DNA of 64,000 bases from Anthoceros angustus (Eukaryota; Plantae; Anthocerotophyta), in contig VJWM01000151.1 in NCBI GenBank assembly GCA_010909165.1, positions 186,001 through 250,000 on the forward strand. Direction: 5' to 3'. The notes under the pieces are model-generated. The model worked only from the letters and a program-made list of their open reading frames with translations, did no database searches and was not told the origin of the DNA. Positions 13,351 through 25,710 of this stretch are shown one piece after another; position 1 is the stretch's first letter; the number at the start of each line of letters is the position of its first letter. Position numbers and translations under genes: made by a program.

Positions 13351-14520
13351 GACTTTAAATTGATTCCTTTCACGACGAGAAATCGTCCTACAATTAAAAA
13401 GTAACTGCACTATATATTGGGAAGTCCTTCAAAATGTCGCTATATTTTCAAACTAGATCCCTTGTGGAGCAACAAAATTAGTGCCATACTTCCAAAACAT
13501 CTTGGAATTGAGTGTGGCGACTTCCTTGTTGACGAAGACATTCTTAGTACAAAAGACAATTATGAGGAATTTTTCTAAGTGATGAAGAAGAAGAAGAAGA
13601 TTATGTAGAAGAAGAGAAGAAGAAGATTATGTAGAAGAAGAAGAAGAAGATTATGTAGAAGAAGAAGAAGAAGAAGATTATGTAGAAGAAGAAGAAGAAG
13701 AAGATTATGTAGAAGAAGAAGAAGAAGAAGAAGATTATGTAGAAGAAGAAGAAGAAGATTATGTAGAAGAAGAAGAAGAAGATTATGTAGAAAATGAGGA
13801 AGAGGAAGAGGAAAATGAGTATGAGCATAATAGTTCAACCGACAAAGAAAGCAAATATGAGCAAGACATTCATCTTGATGTGGAAGACATGAAAAAATCG
13901 TCCGGGGTCCAAGGTATGAAGAAATTGAATGTAGCAACTCCTTCACTAATGACGAAGATATTCTTGGTGAGGATGAAGATGATGATGAGGGAATATTTCT
14001 AAAAGAGGAAGAAGATTATGCAAAAATATTTTCTGAAGAGGGAATAACTATAAGGAAAATGATGAAGAAAAAGAATATAAAGAAGATGAAGAAGAAAACG
14101 ACTACAAGGAAAATGAAGAAGAAATCGATTATAACGACAAGCATATTTTTAGTGAAGAACACGTAATATGAGCAATACATTTTCAAGACGAATATGAGGA
14201 GGACATTTCTACTCAAGAGGTAAACCAATATGCCGAGGACATTTCTACGCATCTTGATCTAGGTACATTTTTATGAAGAAAAATGAATGAGAACGAAGAA
14301 TTTCTCTTAGAAGAAGTAAACCAATATGAGGAGAACTTAGATATTTTTATAGAGCAAGAAAATGAATATGAGAAAGATATTTTTATTGAAGAGGAAAACA
14401 AATATGAAGAAGACGTCCTTAAGACATTCACTCAAGACATTCTTACTCCACAAGAAGATGAATATGAGGAACTATGGAATGCCATTTGCAACACGCCATA
14501 TCTTTTTCACGTGAGACGTA
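13149..14520 (+). pseudogene. Acidic Alba-like gene, derived copy 2
   Basis: Collinear with 3312-4670; ORF 14283-14609 encodes the acidic tail ending ELWNAICNTPYLF. Confidence 0.6.
13580..13810 (+). repeat. Compound minisatellite (GAA)n-GATTATGTA, copy 2
   Basis: Same unit as 3752-3955, with different run lengths. Confidence 0.95.
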
Positions 14521-14545
14521 AGTGGCCGTGTGCTTCTCCATGCGG

Positions 14546-15575
14546 TCAAGCAAGGTCAATTAGGGCTCATCTCATCATGTACCTCTCCGTGGTGATCAAG
14601 TCTCACTAAACTAAGTGTGACAACATTCTCTTTCAAGACATCCTTACTCAAAGAAGAAGATGAGGAACTATGGAATGCCATTTGCAGCATGCCATATATT
14701 TTTACGTGATACGTAAGTGGTGCATACTTCTCCATGCGGCTAAGGTCAATTAGGGATTAGTTGTACCTGTGCGTGGTGACCAAGTCTCCATGAAATTGAG
14801 TGTGACTACCTTTCCACTCAAGACATTCTTACTCAACGAGAAGACAAATATGAGGAACTATGGAATGCCATTTGCAGCATGCCACATAGTTTTTTTTTCG
14901 TGATACGTAAGTGGCCATATACTTCTCCATGATCAGGTAGGGTCAATTAGGCCTGACTTGTACCCCATCCGTGGTGACCAAGTCTCCGTGGTAAACGTGG
15001 TGCTCACTGACCCTACAAGAGATGCCAACTCTATACTGGCTAATCATCACGAACCGCCCATGTTGGGCAGCTGTTGGAGCGGCGGCGCTCAAGGTCAATA
15101 AGTACAAGGAGATGGAAGTGCACCAGCTCTTCATTTTGCTCGCTTTCCAAATGTATGGCACATTGGCTGAGGACTTTGATAAATTTATCAAGTCGCTCAA
15201 GCCTTTCACGGTCACATACATGGTGTGGGGCTTCCTAGCTCTTGGACTTCACAGCTTTCTTTCCACAACATGTGTCCATTGCTCTCCAGCCCATACGAGG
15301 CATCCTTAGGACGACAATGATAATAGGTGATCATGGTGACACCTCGATTGGTCAGTGATCACCTGGCACACCGTTTTCATACGTGAATCGAGCCACCAAA
15401 GCGTGCTCACATCCTCTAAAACCTACTTAGTCATGATATTGCGGGAGCCATAGATTTTAGATTCGAGCTTAGTTGCTTCCTACACGGACCCTTGAGGTCC
15501 CTAGCTAGTGTTAGCCTTTGAAAGGTAGATGGGCTTACCCCATCTCTTCTCCTTTAATAAAAGCCCTTTTATTTT
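14546..15575 (+). mobile_element. CRE/R2-like REL fragment with triplicated 5' junction
   Basis: Direct repeat cttctccatgcgg at 14533-14545 and 15576-15588. ORF 15022-15309 reads GAAALKVNKYKE..LFILLAFQMYGTLAEDFDKFIK. Confidence 0.65.
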
Positions 15576-16022
15576 CTTCTCCATGCGGCATGTATTATTT
15601 GTCACTTGCAAATATATTTACTATATATATCAAATTTATATTTTTGTACTTAACTATTTAAGTTATAAAATATAAAATACAAAATATTGATACTCACCTA
15701 TAGGTGTGGGCCTTGTGCTGGCGTGTCTTGTCGACAATTAGGTGCTATGTACCAAGGGAAGAAGCTTCATACATGATGCCCATGTCTATGGCGGAAGGAT
15801 GTGGTGGACATGTGGTGATTGTAGGATATGGTGTGAGGAAAGGGTAAAGGGGCCTAGATCATCATGCGATAGGCAGCAGTGAGGGCATCACTCCAATAGG
15901 ACGTACATTCGTCGGACCTCTTTAGATCAAGCGTTTGCCCGGCGCTTAGTGCGATTGTATAAATTTGCAAATTTAAAGGAGCTTGGGCGAGGATCGCTTT
16001 GTTGGCAACTTTTTGGTGCTAG

Positions 16023-19000
16023 TGTGGGCTATGGACTTCCCTTGGGGGGTAGGAATTAAGGGGGGCTTTGTTTTTTTGGTAGGTTGGAATATTAAAATAA
16101 GGCGGAAAAGGAGGAATAAGCACGGATAGCACTCCGGACTGGACTCCGGAGTATACTCCGGACTCCGGAGTGGGCAACGTACGGAACCACAGGCGAGCCT
16201 GACTCGTCGGTTGAGCAGGATAAGTCCGGACCCACTCAAGGTCAAAAGCAAATAAACGCTAGGAAAGTAACTTAGTTGAGTCGTGAGGATAGACTAAGCG
16301 GGCGCCACTGGACCACCTTGAGTGGAGGTCGGGCATCACGACTGTAGCCTTGCGAGGCCGTTATAGCGGTATTCACGCCCAGCAGCTGCCTTGGCGGCGT
16401 AAAGGCTTGAGAGGTCCTGGGAGCCATGGAACTGGTAGGCGCAACATTGTGACCGGCGCTATCCGGACTTTGGGCCCAGGCTGGGAGGCGGGGGAATTAG
16501 TCAGTGGCACTTGGATGTGTTCAGTCATGCAGGCGTTTGTCACTCTGGTCAGGAGTTCGCGGAAGATGTTGGCCAGCAAGGAGGTTGATCCAAGAACCTC
16601 GGGAGGATCTAAGCGATGGACCTTGGAGGTCTGAGGCCTCGCCCAAGGAGGAAGAAGGCGTGGTTCAGGCCCCTCAAGGCGAGAAGGAAGATAAAAGCGA
16701 TCTTTGAGGCACAGGCAGCGGACAACCAGGTGGTTGATATACGGGCCATGAGTAGGCATAGCCGGATTATTATCCATTGGAACACTGCTCACCAAGGTGG
16801 ATCACCTTGGTGATAACTTATTGTATTCTGCATGCGTTCGTGAGGAAGAGGCGGGGAGGAAGGATTATCTTCGCCCGGTTCGATCGAGGCCATGGTGAGG
16901 CGAAGCCCTCGCCATCAGGTGTCCCATGCAGTCATGTATGGGGACATTTGAACTCTGAAGGAGGAGAGATCGGCGGGGCGCTCGGGAAGGGTGGAGGCCC
17001 TGGGAAGTGGAGGCGTGCAAGGCGCCCGAGGTGGGGGCCGACCCTCTAAGGCCAAGCGGACCGGGAGGAGGGCGGGAGGATTCGGACTCCATCGTGGAGC
17101 GGACCCCTCACCACCCGAGGGAAGTATGGGAGAAATCCCTTCCCTTCTCACAGTGCCTCCTCCCAGCAACCGGGAGGAGGCAGGAGGAAGCGGGAGGCGG
17201 GAGTTGGCGGTTGCGGCTCGGTAGCCCGGCAACCGACGTGAGCCCGGACTCGGCGGGAACCAGGCGCAAGGCAGCGTCTGTGACACCTCGACGGTGCAGT
17301 GCCCTTACCCTTGCAGTGTAAGAGGCGGTGGAGGCGAGAAAGGGGCCAGGAGGCGGCGAGGCGGAGGTCCTTGGCGGCCGCACAGGCAGTCATCCCCAAG
17401 CAGGGAAGGGGCAAAAGGCTCCGGACCCCTCACCCCCAGGCCCAGGGAAGAGGGCAAATAAGGCCCAGCGGCCAAGAGGGCCAAGGAGGGTGGCTCGGGG
17501 CTCACTCGGGACCTAAGGGTCTGATTAGGTCCGGAGAACCGTCGGACTTACTCGGTGCGGTATGGAGGTCCTTGGCGGACCGGCCCGCTCCCTCACGGAC
17601 TTTGTGGGGGCCTCACCGTGGCGGCCGTGGAAGAAACACGGCGGGTCACAGCTCGTCATGGGCCGGTATGCTTTGGGGTCTCTGGGGGCGGAAGACCCGA
17701 GGTAAAGCCACCGGGCGTATGGTGCTCCTCCGGGAGGCGGTTGGAGGGGCCCGGGAGGCGAGGAGGCGAAGCTCTCGGCGCATCGAGGAAGGAAGCGAGG
17801 CCGAGAGGAAGTCGGTCCATCCGAAGGACGGACTAAATTCCTTGTGGGTGGCGGTGAGCGACCTGAGAGGCCCAAGCAGGCGGAAGACCTCTGCAGGCGG
17901 AGGAAGCGGAGGAGGCCGGGCGCAAGCGGAGAAGGCTCGTGGCTGGCGGAGGCCCGGCGGACCCAAATGGGTGGCTTCAGTGAAAGCGGCAAGGAGGCCG
18001 TACTCAAGCCGGGATCACTATCGGCGTGATCGGGCGGTGGAGGAGGCGAGGATAGGCTAACTCTGAAGAAGGCGGGGAGGCGGCGGGCAGTGCAGGCCGG
18101 CCATGCAGGAGGAGGAAGCGGCAAGGAGATGGAGGATCTCGGTCTCGGTGCGTGGTGGGCGTGGCGGGGAGATGGAAGACGCAAGGAGACCACAGGCTGC
18201 GGCTCAAGTTACCATTGAGAGGAATGGTAGTCGGGCGTGATCGCGGATCACGAGCGAAATAAGCTCCGGCTCTGTTGGCGGAGGAGGCGGCGATGGAGCA
18301 GAGGCGGGGCGTCGCGAAATGGAGAAGGACACAGGCGAGGCCCATGATCAGGCGAGTTGTTGCCGCTTTGGAGAGGAGATGGCGGAGTTACGGCGGAATG
18401 AGCGGAGGCGAGGCTGGGCCTTGAGAAAAGAAATTGGTCCGATTGAGAAAGCGGAAGGGCAGCTGCGCTATGTAGCTAGCGGAGGCGAGAGGCTGGGCGG
18501 GGCGGAGCAGCAGTGGCGGGGAGGTGGCAGCGCCCTTGTAGCCTCGCGTGTCTGACCGGCTCAATTTGTCAAACTGGCGGGGAGGTGGCCCAAGCAGGCG
18601 GAGGCCCGGCAGGAACACCTATGGCGAAGGGAGTATCGGGTGCTCGGGGCTGCGTGGAAGAAAATTCGACAAGTTGATTCGGACTTTGCCTATTACCGCA
18701 GCTCCTTAAGACATTGGCGACCTCTCGGTGCCGTCAAATCGGACCTGGAAGGCTCGGAAGGATGAAGGGCATGGGGCGGCCGCAGGGACTCTAGTGGCCT
18801 GTTTGGAGGCAGCAGTGGCGGGGAGAAGAGCATCGGGAGGAGGCGGGGGCCATGAATCCCGAGGTAAGTCAGCACACTTTTCGGGAAGATAGGCGGGGGC
18901 CTTGAAGAGTGGAAGGAGGAAGCCGGCCAAGACAAGGTCGGTGGGAAGGATGAGGACCTAGCGATGAGAGGTCCCAGAGAGTCGGGCGTGAGGCCGGACC

Positions 19001-19989
19001 CCGGTAATAAGTCGGACCAGGTCCAGACCCGAAGATGAGGACCCAGTGAGGCCGGACTCGGGAAGAGCGGACTCCGAGTTCCGACTCGGGTCGAGGCCGG
19101 ACCAGTCGGGACTCGAAATGAGGAGTCCCCTCAGACTTCTGTTGGGAAGGCAGCGGTCGGTGGCCCTGGACGGGGACCAGGGGCCAGAAGCAGCGTTGTG
19201 TGATCGTCGGGCCGATGTAAGACGGGATTCGGGAAGAGGAAGGGTCCGCCTCGCGGATCATCCGATTAGGTGCGCCCATGTCGAGCGGAGATTGGACCAC
19301 CAATCCCGGGAACCGGGACCTTCAGACCGTGAGCGAAGGAGATAGGAGGAGGAATAGGATGGTAGGCGGCGATTAGGCGTCTTGGTGGCCGGCTCGAATA
19401 GGGGTGTAATAAAGGCGCCGACCTCGTAGTATAAGAGGTGAAATGCTCTAAGTAAAGTATCTTTCTCTTGGTGTTGATGCGTTCTTGCGGACCCTTGTCG
19501 TCTTCTTGCTAACGTGAGTCTGAGTCACGGCGAGCCGCGGCCGGAGGCGTCAAGGTTACAGTGTGGACCCTAACGTGTGGTGGTGTGTGCGAGAAGGGTG
19601 GCGGACCCCTGAGCGGCGCGCGTCGAGCGGCCGGAGCGTGTGAGCGGAGGACTCGGGAGGCGTGTAGCCGGACGGAGGCCCGGCGAGCAGCGGAGGAGGT
19701 CGGGCTGCATGTAGCGTTTTCCTAAGGCATGAGTGTGGTGTGAGTGGAGAGAAGAGCGGACTAGAGGTGCAAGTGAGCGTGAGCGATCTGGAGACAGGTC
19801 CCTAAGCGTTTAGCCACACGGGCATGCGGTGAGCGTTGCGAGTAGTTAGATCTGAGCGAATATGCGTTGAGGCGGAGCAGACGAGTGAAAGAGTAAATGC
19901 GAAAGCAGCGGCAAGCGCTATCATTCCCTTGAGCGGACTCCTTCCTACAAACGGGATTGTGCGGCGTGGCCGTCGGTAGTCGCGCCACA
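16023..19989 (+). repeat. 5' LTR (3967 bp)
   Basis: TGTGG...CCACA termini; collinear along its full length with 27386-33043. Confidence 0.88.
19430..19435 (+). promoter_or_regulatory. Candidate LTR TATA box
   Basis: TATAAG in an AT-richer island ~550 bp before the LTR end; conserved at 32467-32472 in the 3' LTR. Positional inference only. Confidence 0.35.
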
Positions 19990-19992
19990 TTT

Positions 19993-20009
19993 TGGCGCCG
20001 TTGCGGGGA
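19993..20009 (+). other. Primer-binding site, tRNA-Asp type
   Basis: tggcgccgttgcgggga begins 3 nt after the LTR end; it is one C short of the Athila consensus TGGCGCCGTTGCCGGGGA. Confidence 0.85.
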
Positions 20010-20214
20010 ATGAAATCGTTCCGTAGCGTGGATGCGTGGAGGGCGTGAGGTAGTTAAGGGGAATTTGAGAGTCGGACGTTGTGCCGAGGCGCTCCGTGCG
20101 AACCGTGAGACGAGCTCGGCGAGGACACCGATGCAGGTAGCGCGGTGGAGTTAGCCGGATCGTGAGGAGGCGACCCGAGTCGGTGGCGATAAGGGAGGCG
20201 GTTCCTCTCCGCGA

Positions 20215-21120
20215 CGATGGCAACAACAAAAACAAGCCTACTCCCTCTTTGGGGAAAGAAGGAGGATGAAACCTTTGTGGAGGATTTGTGTCAGCGGAAC
20301 TTCAACGGAGAAGGATCGGATGCACGACTCATCCGGTATTCGAGGTCCTTAGGAGCAGTGACTCAATGGTGCAGAGAAATGCAAGCCACCCCGCTCCTGC
20401 TACCTTCGAAGCACTGAAGGATGCCTTCTTGGAAAGATTCCGCGGAATCGACCAGGAAGGCTACGTCCTGTCCAAGCTTAAGAATCTAAAGCGGGGCAAG
20501 ACGGAGAAGCTGGGATCGTACATCGAGCGGTTCTATGCCCTTTAGGATCGGCACCCCACTCACACCACGATGCAAGCGGTGCGCTGGTTCGCAGCCGGCC
20601 TACCTAAGCCAATGGCTAAGCATGTCTTTTGCTTGCGAGAAGGATGTGAGTAAAGGCGGTCTGCGGCGAGAACTCAGAATCGATGCACCAGCGGAGGCGA
20701 GAACAACTCGGGAGGAAGAAGAAGAAGAAGGCGGTCGGAATCCGAGATGAAGAGCCCTCGGAGGAGGAGGAGGAAGAAGCGAGGCCACTTGGAGGAAGAG
20801 GAGGAGATTTCAGTGGAATCCAAGCCTCACGGAGGCGGAGGAACCCGCGTCGTAAACCAAGAAGAAGCGTGGTGAAGCGGCGCGAGAAGAAGGAGGTTGC
20901 GATACTAGCTCGGTCACGAGGCACCTCGGACCCAGCGCCCTTGAAAGAGGTAGCTGGTTTGAGGAAGACACAGAGAGAGTCATAAAGAAGGTGGAGGAGT
21001 TAACGATCAATCAAGTGAAGATCGTGAGCGGCGAAGGTGGCCACCAGTCGGACTCATTTGTGGTGTGCGGTGTGCCACCGGCATGGGCACTCGGTGCCCC
21101 TCCGGACGTGAACCGGTGAA
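20215..21120 (+). pseudogene. gag: gag (retrotransposon gag domain + CCHC knuckle), frameshifted
   Basis: ATFEALKDAFLERFRG..VLSKLKNLKRGKTEKLGSYIERF (20288-20545); WCAVCHRHGH knuckle near 21060. Confidence 0.8.
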
Positions 21121-21989
21121 AGTACTATGAGGAGGCGAGGCGGTGGAGGATGCTTACGTGCAAGAAGCACCCCGGGCCGCGATACGCGATGTATCCCGGT
21201 AGAGGTCCATCCATACACGCCCTCCGATGCAACCCGAATGGGAGGACCCCGGGAATTCTTGAGCGGTGGTCTCTGGGCCTTGGAAACCGGGCACTATTCA
21301 ATGTCCATACCCCACGGGCAAGGTGAGTTGAGCAGCTTGTGTGGAGATTGCGGTGGGGCACATGCCGAGGCGGTGTGTCACCTCGCTCGGGGAGTGCGCG
21401 CCATGAGGGAGCCAAAGCGCCTCCCTTTAAGGCCGTCGTCTGATTGAAGATGCGGATGGCGGAGTGGGAGGACACCAAGGGAACTTGGAGCAGGTGGCAA
21501 GTTCGCCAAGGAAGGAGGAGACCGGAGTCTTGGAGGTGTCAACGAGCCCGGGGAAAGAGCGGAAGGAAAGGCGGTTGAAAAGAAGAAGAATGGGAGAGTA
21601 CAGCGGACACGGAGGAGGTGTTCGGAAGGAGGAGACTCGGTTAAGGGGCAAGTTGGATCAGAACCCCGGCAAAATTAAGAAAGGCTCCCAGATGGTAAGG
21701 AGCGGACTCCCCAACCCGATTTCCGGATGTGGTTGGGAGGTGCGGAGATGCTTCAAGAAGAAATCCGGGATCCGGGTGGTCCAGTCAGCGGAGTAAGAAC
21801 CTCGGAGCCCGGATGTGCGTTGCTCTCTGAAGTCCCACCATTCAAGGTGGCGGACACGATGATGAACCAACATCTAGTCCCTTTGATTGTTGAGAGACAA
21901 CCAATCTCGGAGGAGGTCACGCCATCGGAGAAGCAACCACGGAAGCTCCTTCAGCCGTAAAAAGCGTGGAGGTAAGAGTGGTATCCCAC

Positions 21990-24900
21990 GGACCCGAGCG
22001 TGGTTGGTGGAGATCGGGGATGCGTGGTCAAGAAGCATGCCCCTGGATACGGGATCGGGGGTTAACCTCATTACGGAGGCCACCGCTCGGCGCCTGGGGT
22101 TTACTACGTTCGAACACTCCACCAAAACCCTAAGGATGGCGGACATGTCGGGCGTGCGCTGCGAGGTACTCGCGGTCAAGCTAATATCTCGGGAGCTGTA
22201 CCTGGACTTTGTGGTCATCAAGCGGGGCCTCTCAGGTAAATCTGTTGGGCGTCGTGGCTGGACTTGCTCAGACGAAGTTACACTTCGGCAGGAAGGAAAT
22301 CCACTTTAAACCCGTGGATTGGGATCCGAAGGTAAGAGAAGAAAGAGTGGCGCTCACTTGGAGTAAGGACACATACTGTGGGGAAACTGTGAGCACCACT
22401 GAGGGGTACACCTCGGCCGAGGATAGTGCAAATGATGAAAGGGAAGACACGGACGATGCTTACCCTTTCCCCAAAATCACATGGTCAGAGGAGGAGATGG
22501 ATTACAGGGGCCTTTGAGGCGGAGGTGGGCGAGGAGGATTGCTTCCGGGTGGCGCATGAGAACAAGGCGGCGAAGGTCAGCGGAGGATGAAGAGGAGGAC
22601 GGAGGAAGTGACCGCTTCACCTCGGACGAACTCTTAGAGTGGGGAATGCGTGAAGATGAACCTCGGGTGGAGGATGGCGGCGGCGTGGCGAAGCGAAGAG
22701 AAAGGCGGTCAATCCGGCGATGTGGAAGGCGTGGAGGTCCGTCAGGAAATTCCTAAAATTCCAAGGTATGCCGTGAGGAAAAGCGAGACCTCCACGGTTG
22801 TTGGGGGAATTCAGTGAGGTGTTGCTTCAAGGTCCACGGATATGAAGGCATTCCCAAAGCGGTGAGAACAGGATAGACTGAAACCGGAGGCGTGCAGGTT
22901 CGGATCCGTCGATTATAAGCTAAATCCCAAGCACTCGCTCAAGGTCAAAGAGGTCTGGACAAATATTTGGCGGACATCATCTTCCCAATCGTGAATAGTG
23001 GTGGTAGCACCATCGTGTCGTGCCAAAAACAACAGGATTCGCGTCGGGATTGGAGAAAACTCAAGCCTTCGGAAGGACCACTTTCCCATGCCCTTGATGA
23101 CATCTTGGACAAGGCGGGGTGATACCTCCTTTTTGGGCTACCATTGCACCTACGAGTCGGATGGGATAAGACAGCGTTCACCACGGAGTAGGGCGTTACC
23201 TAGCAAGCGCCGGGATGGCAGAGCACCGGATCATTCATGCGGATGGTGACCAATGTCTTCAGGGACTTCCTAAGGGACTTCATGGAGGTATTCCTGGACG
23301 ACTTTTGCGTGCACGGGGAAGAGGAAAAGCACGTTGGACACTTGCGGAAGTGTTTGGAACGTTGTAAGGAGACCCAACTGTGCCTGCATCCGGAGAAATG
23401 CTACTTCGGCATGACTGAGGGAATCTTACTGGGACATCGTGTGTCGGCGCGAGGGATAGAGGTGGACCAAGACAAGGTGAAGGTCATCCAATCCCTACAG
23501 CCGCCCACGAATTTGAAGGAGTTGCGGGGGTTCCTGGGCATGGTGGGTTACTACAGGCGTTTCATCCAAGACTTTGCAAAGCGGGCCGCCAGGCTAACGG
23601 AGCTACTCAGGAAGGAGGAAGAATGGACCTGGACACCAGAGAGGGAGGCGGCATTGAGACCTCAGACCACTCACGATCCCCGTGAAGGTCGGAAGCGATT
23701 CCATGTGTATGTGGATGTGTCGGCCTTTGCCATTGGAGTGGTGCTCGATCAAAAGGGCGATAAGCGGAGGGATCATCAATCTACTACGCGAAGGCGGCTC
23801 ACGCATGCGAGCAGGTACACTACTACGGGCAGGCGTTAGGGATGGTCTCTTGATTAAAATTCGGGGCATTACCTTACAATGAGTTTGTGTTCTATGTCGA
23901 TCACTTGGCGCTCAAGCATTTGGTGAACAAAGCGAGACTTGTCGGACAGTGCGAGTGGATTACATTGCTCGGAGTTCACCTTTGAGGTGGAGACCGAGCA
24001 AGGCGGCAACACCAAAGCGACTTCTGTCAGTTAAAGGCGGAGCTGTCTGCGGGATCGGAGGACACCTTCCGGATGGAATTGGTGGCGATGGAGGAAGGCG
24101 TGGAGGTGCGGTAGGACAAACCCTAAGCTTGTGAGCAGCGGAAGCGGAGAAGGGAGGCGGGCCGGCCCTCTTATCGAGTTGGAGCAGTACCTATGGGAGA
24201 TGGAACTACCAAGCAGCGGGTCCGGTAGCGGCCTTTGTGCACTCGCTCGCCCTTTTGGTATATAGTTGCATCTTTAAGGTGGGGCGGACGTGGAGCAGAA
24301 GGTACCTCCAGCACGGAGCGGAGGTGGTAATAAAGGGGATGCACGAAGGACTAGGTGGTGGACATTATCGGTGAGTCACCACCAAGAAAATCTTGGAGGT
24401 GAGTCTTGGTGGCCCACCATGTATGGGGAAACACACCAATTTGTTGAAGATGTGATGCTTGTCGTGGATCGGAAGCTCCACAACACAATGGCCGTTGGTG
24501 CCCATCGCACTAGCACCATTTGAGAAATGGGGCATCGACCCGGACCTATCGATAGACACACGCGGAAGAGTACATTTGGTGGCGGACTCACACGGTGGGT
24601 GGAAGTGGCACAGAGCGGACTCTGCAAACACGGTGGCCAAAGTTCCTCTGAAAACATCATCACGGTATGGGTGTCCGGTTGATGGTGATAGAGAACTCAT
24701 TTCCTCAATGATGTGATAAGCGCAATGACGGACTATTTGGCATCACACGCCATGAGCGGCCCCATACAACCCGAAGGCCAATGGGTTGTGAGAGAAGACC
24801 AATGGGCTTATCGCATCTGAATAAGCTCACGATTAACTATGCGATTGGGATACAGCTAGCCGGCACTATGGGCCTTGAGCGGAGAAGGTGACTGCATACT

Positions 24901-25680
24901 ATTACCGGACCTATGGGCATTCACGGTTATGCGGTCGAGTTTGAGGTGCCAACACTTGGTCATGATGGAAGGCGGCTAGCAGGAGAAAGCCAAGCTGGGC
25001 GATTGCTAGGGTTTGTATCCCTCACGGAGGTCGGAAGAGGCGCAACAGCGGATGCAACTTATGAGAACATCATCACGGTATGGGTGTCATTGCGGTTGTG
25101 ACGAGGGAACTCATTTCCTCAATGATGTGATCAACCTTTATGACTGACATCACATCGCAAGGCGCCCCATACAACCCGAAGGCCAATGGGTTGTGAGAGA
25201 AGACCAATGGGCTCATGCATCTGAATAAGCTCACGGTGAACTATGCATACGATTGGGATACAAGCATACACTATGGGCCTTGAGCGGAGAAGGTGACTAC
25301 ACAGAGCGCGTATTACGACCTATGGGCATTCACGGTTATGCGGTCAATTTGAGGTGCCAACACTTGGTCATGATGGAAGGCCGGTAGCAGGAGGAAAATG
25401 CTGGAGGCATTGCAGGGTTTATCCGGCATCGGAGGGTCGGGAAGAGGCGCAACAGCGGATGCAACTGCGAGAATCAAGCAGGCGTGCATGGCGCCTCGGA
25501 AGTATGTGAAGGAGGAGATTTGGCCCTTCTTCTGACGGTCGCCACATGCACGGGCAAGCTCCACCTCGGTGGATGGGACCTTACCAGTAGTGCGGTATGT
25601 CGCAATGGGTCGTTACCGGCGGTTGGATGGTGCTGGCTGCGGGTGAGCAGGTGGCGGGTGAAAAATCATGCCTAGTGTTG
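21990..25680 (+). pseudogene. pol: pol: aspartic protease, RT, RNase H, integrase (frameshifted)
   Basis: Protease LDTGSGVNLI (~22045). RT FMEVFLDDFCVHG..HPEKC.F..LRGFLGMVGYYRRFI (23237-23640). RNase H FHVYVDVSAFAIG (~23700). Integrase WWPTMY, APFEKWGID and RWMGPYQ (GPY/F motif). Confidence 0.9.
24650..25465 (+). repeat. ~410-bp tandem duplication inside integrase
   Basis: 'gaaaacatcatcacggtatgggtgtc' at ~24651 and ~25063; both copies end in 'gcggatgcaact'. Confidence 0.8.
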
Positions 25681-25692
25681 GCGGAGGCATGT

Positions 25693-25708
25693 GAGATGAG
25701 AAGAGGAG
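25693..25708 (+). other. Polypurine tract (second copy 27369-27383)
   Basis: gagatgagaagaggag, 2 nt before an LTR start TGTGG in both places. Confidence 0.75.
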
Positions 25709-25710
25709 TA

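Noticed and set aside
16145-16162. 18-bp palindrome tccggagtatactccgga near the LTR start
   Set aside because: Part of a short ggactcc(g)ga microrepeat that varies between LTR copies; no evidence of function.
16350-19345. Numerous plus-strand Arg/Gly-rich ORFs in the LTRs (also 28-32 kb)
   Set aside because: Stop-poor GC/purine-rich sequence; frames are not conserved between LTR copies and show no domain motifs.
25560-25710. Chromodomain or env-like ORF after the integrase
   Set aside because: The integrase ends ~30 bp before the PPT, leaving no room for either.
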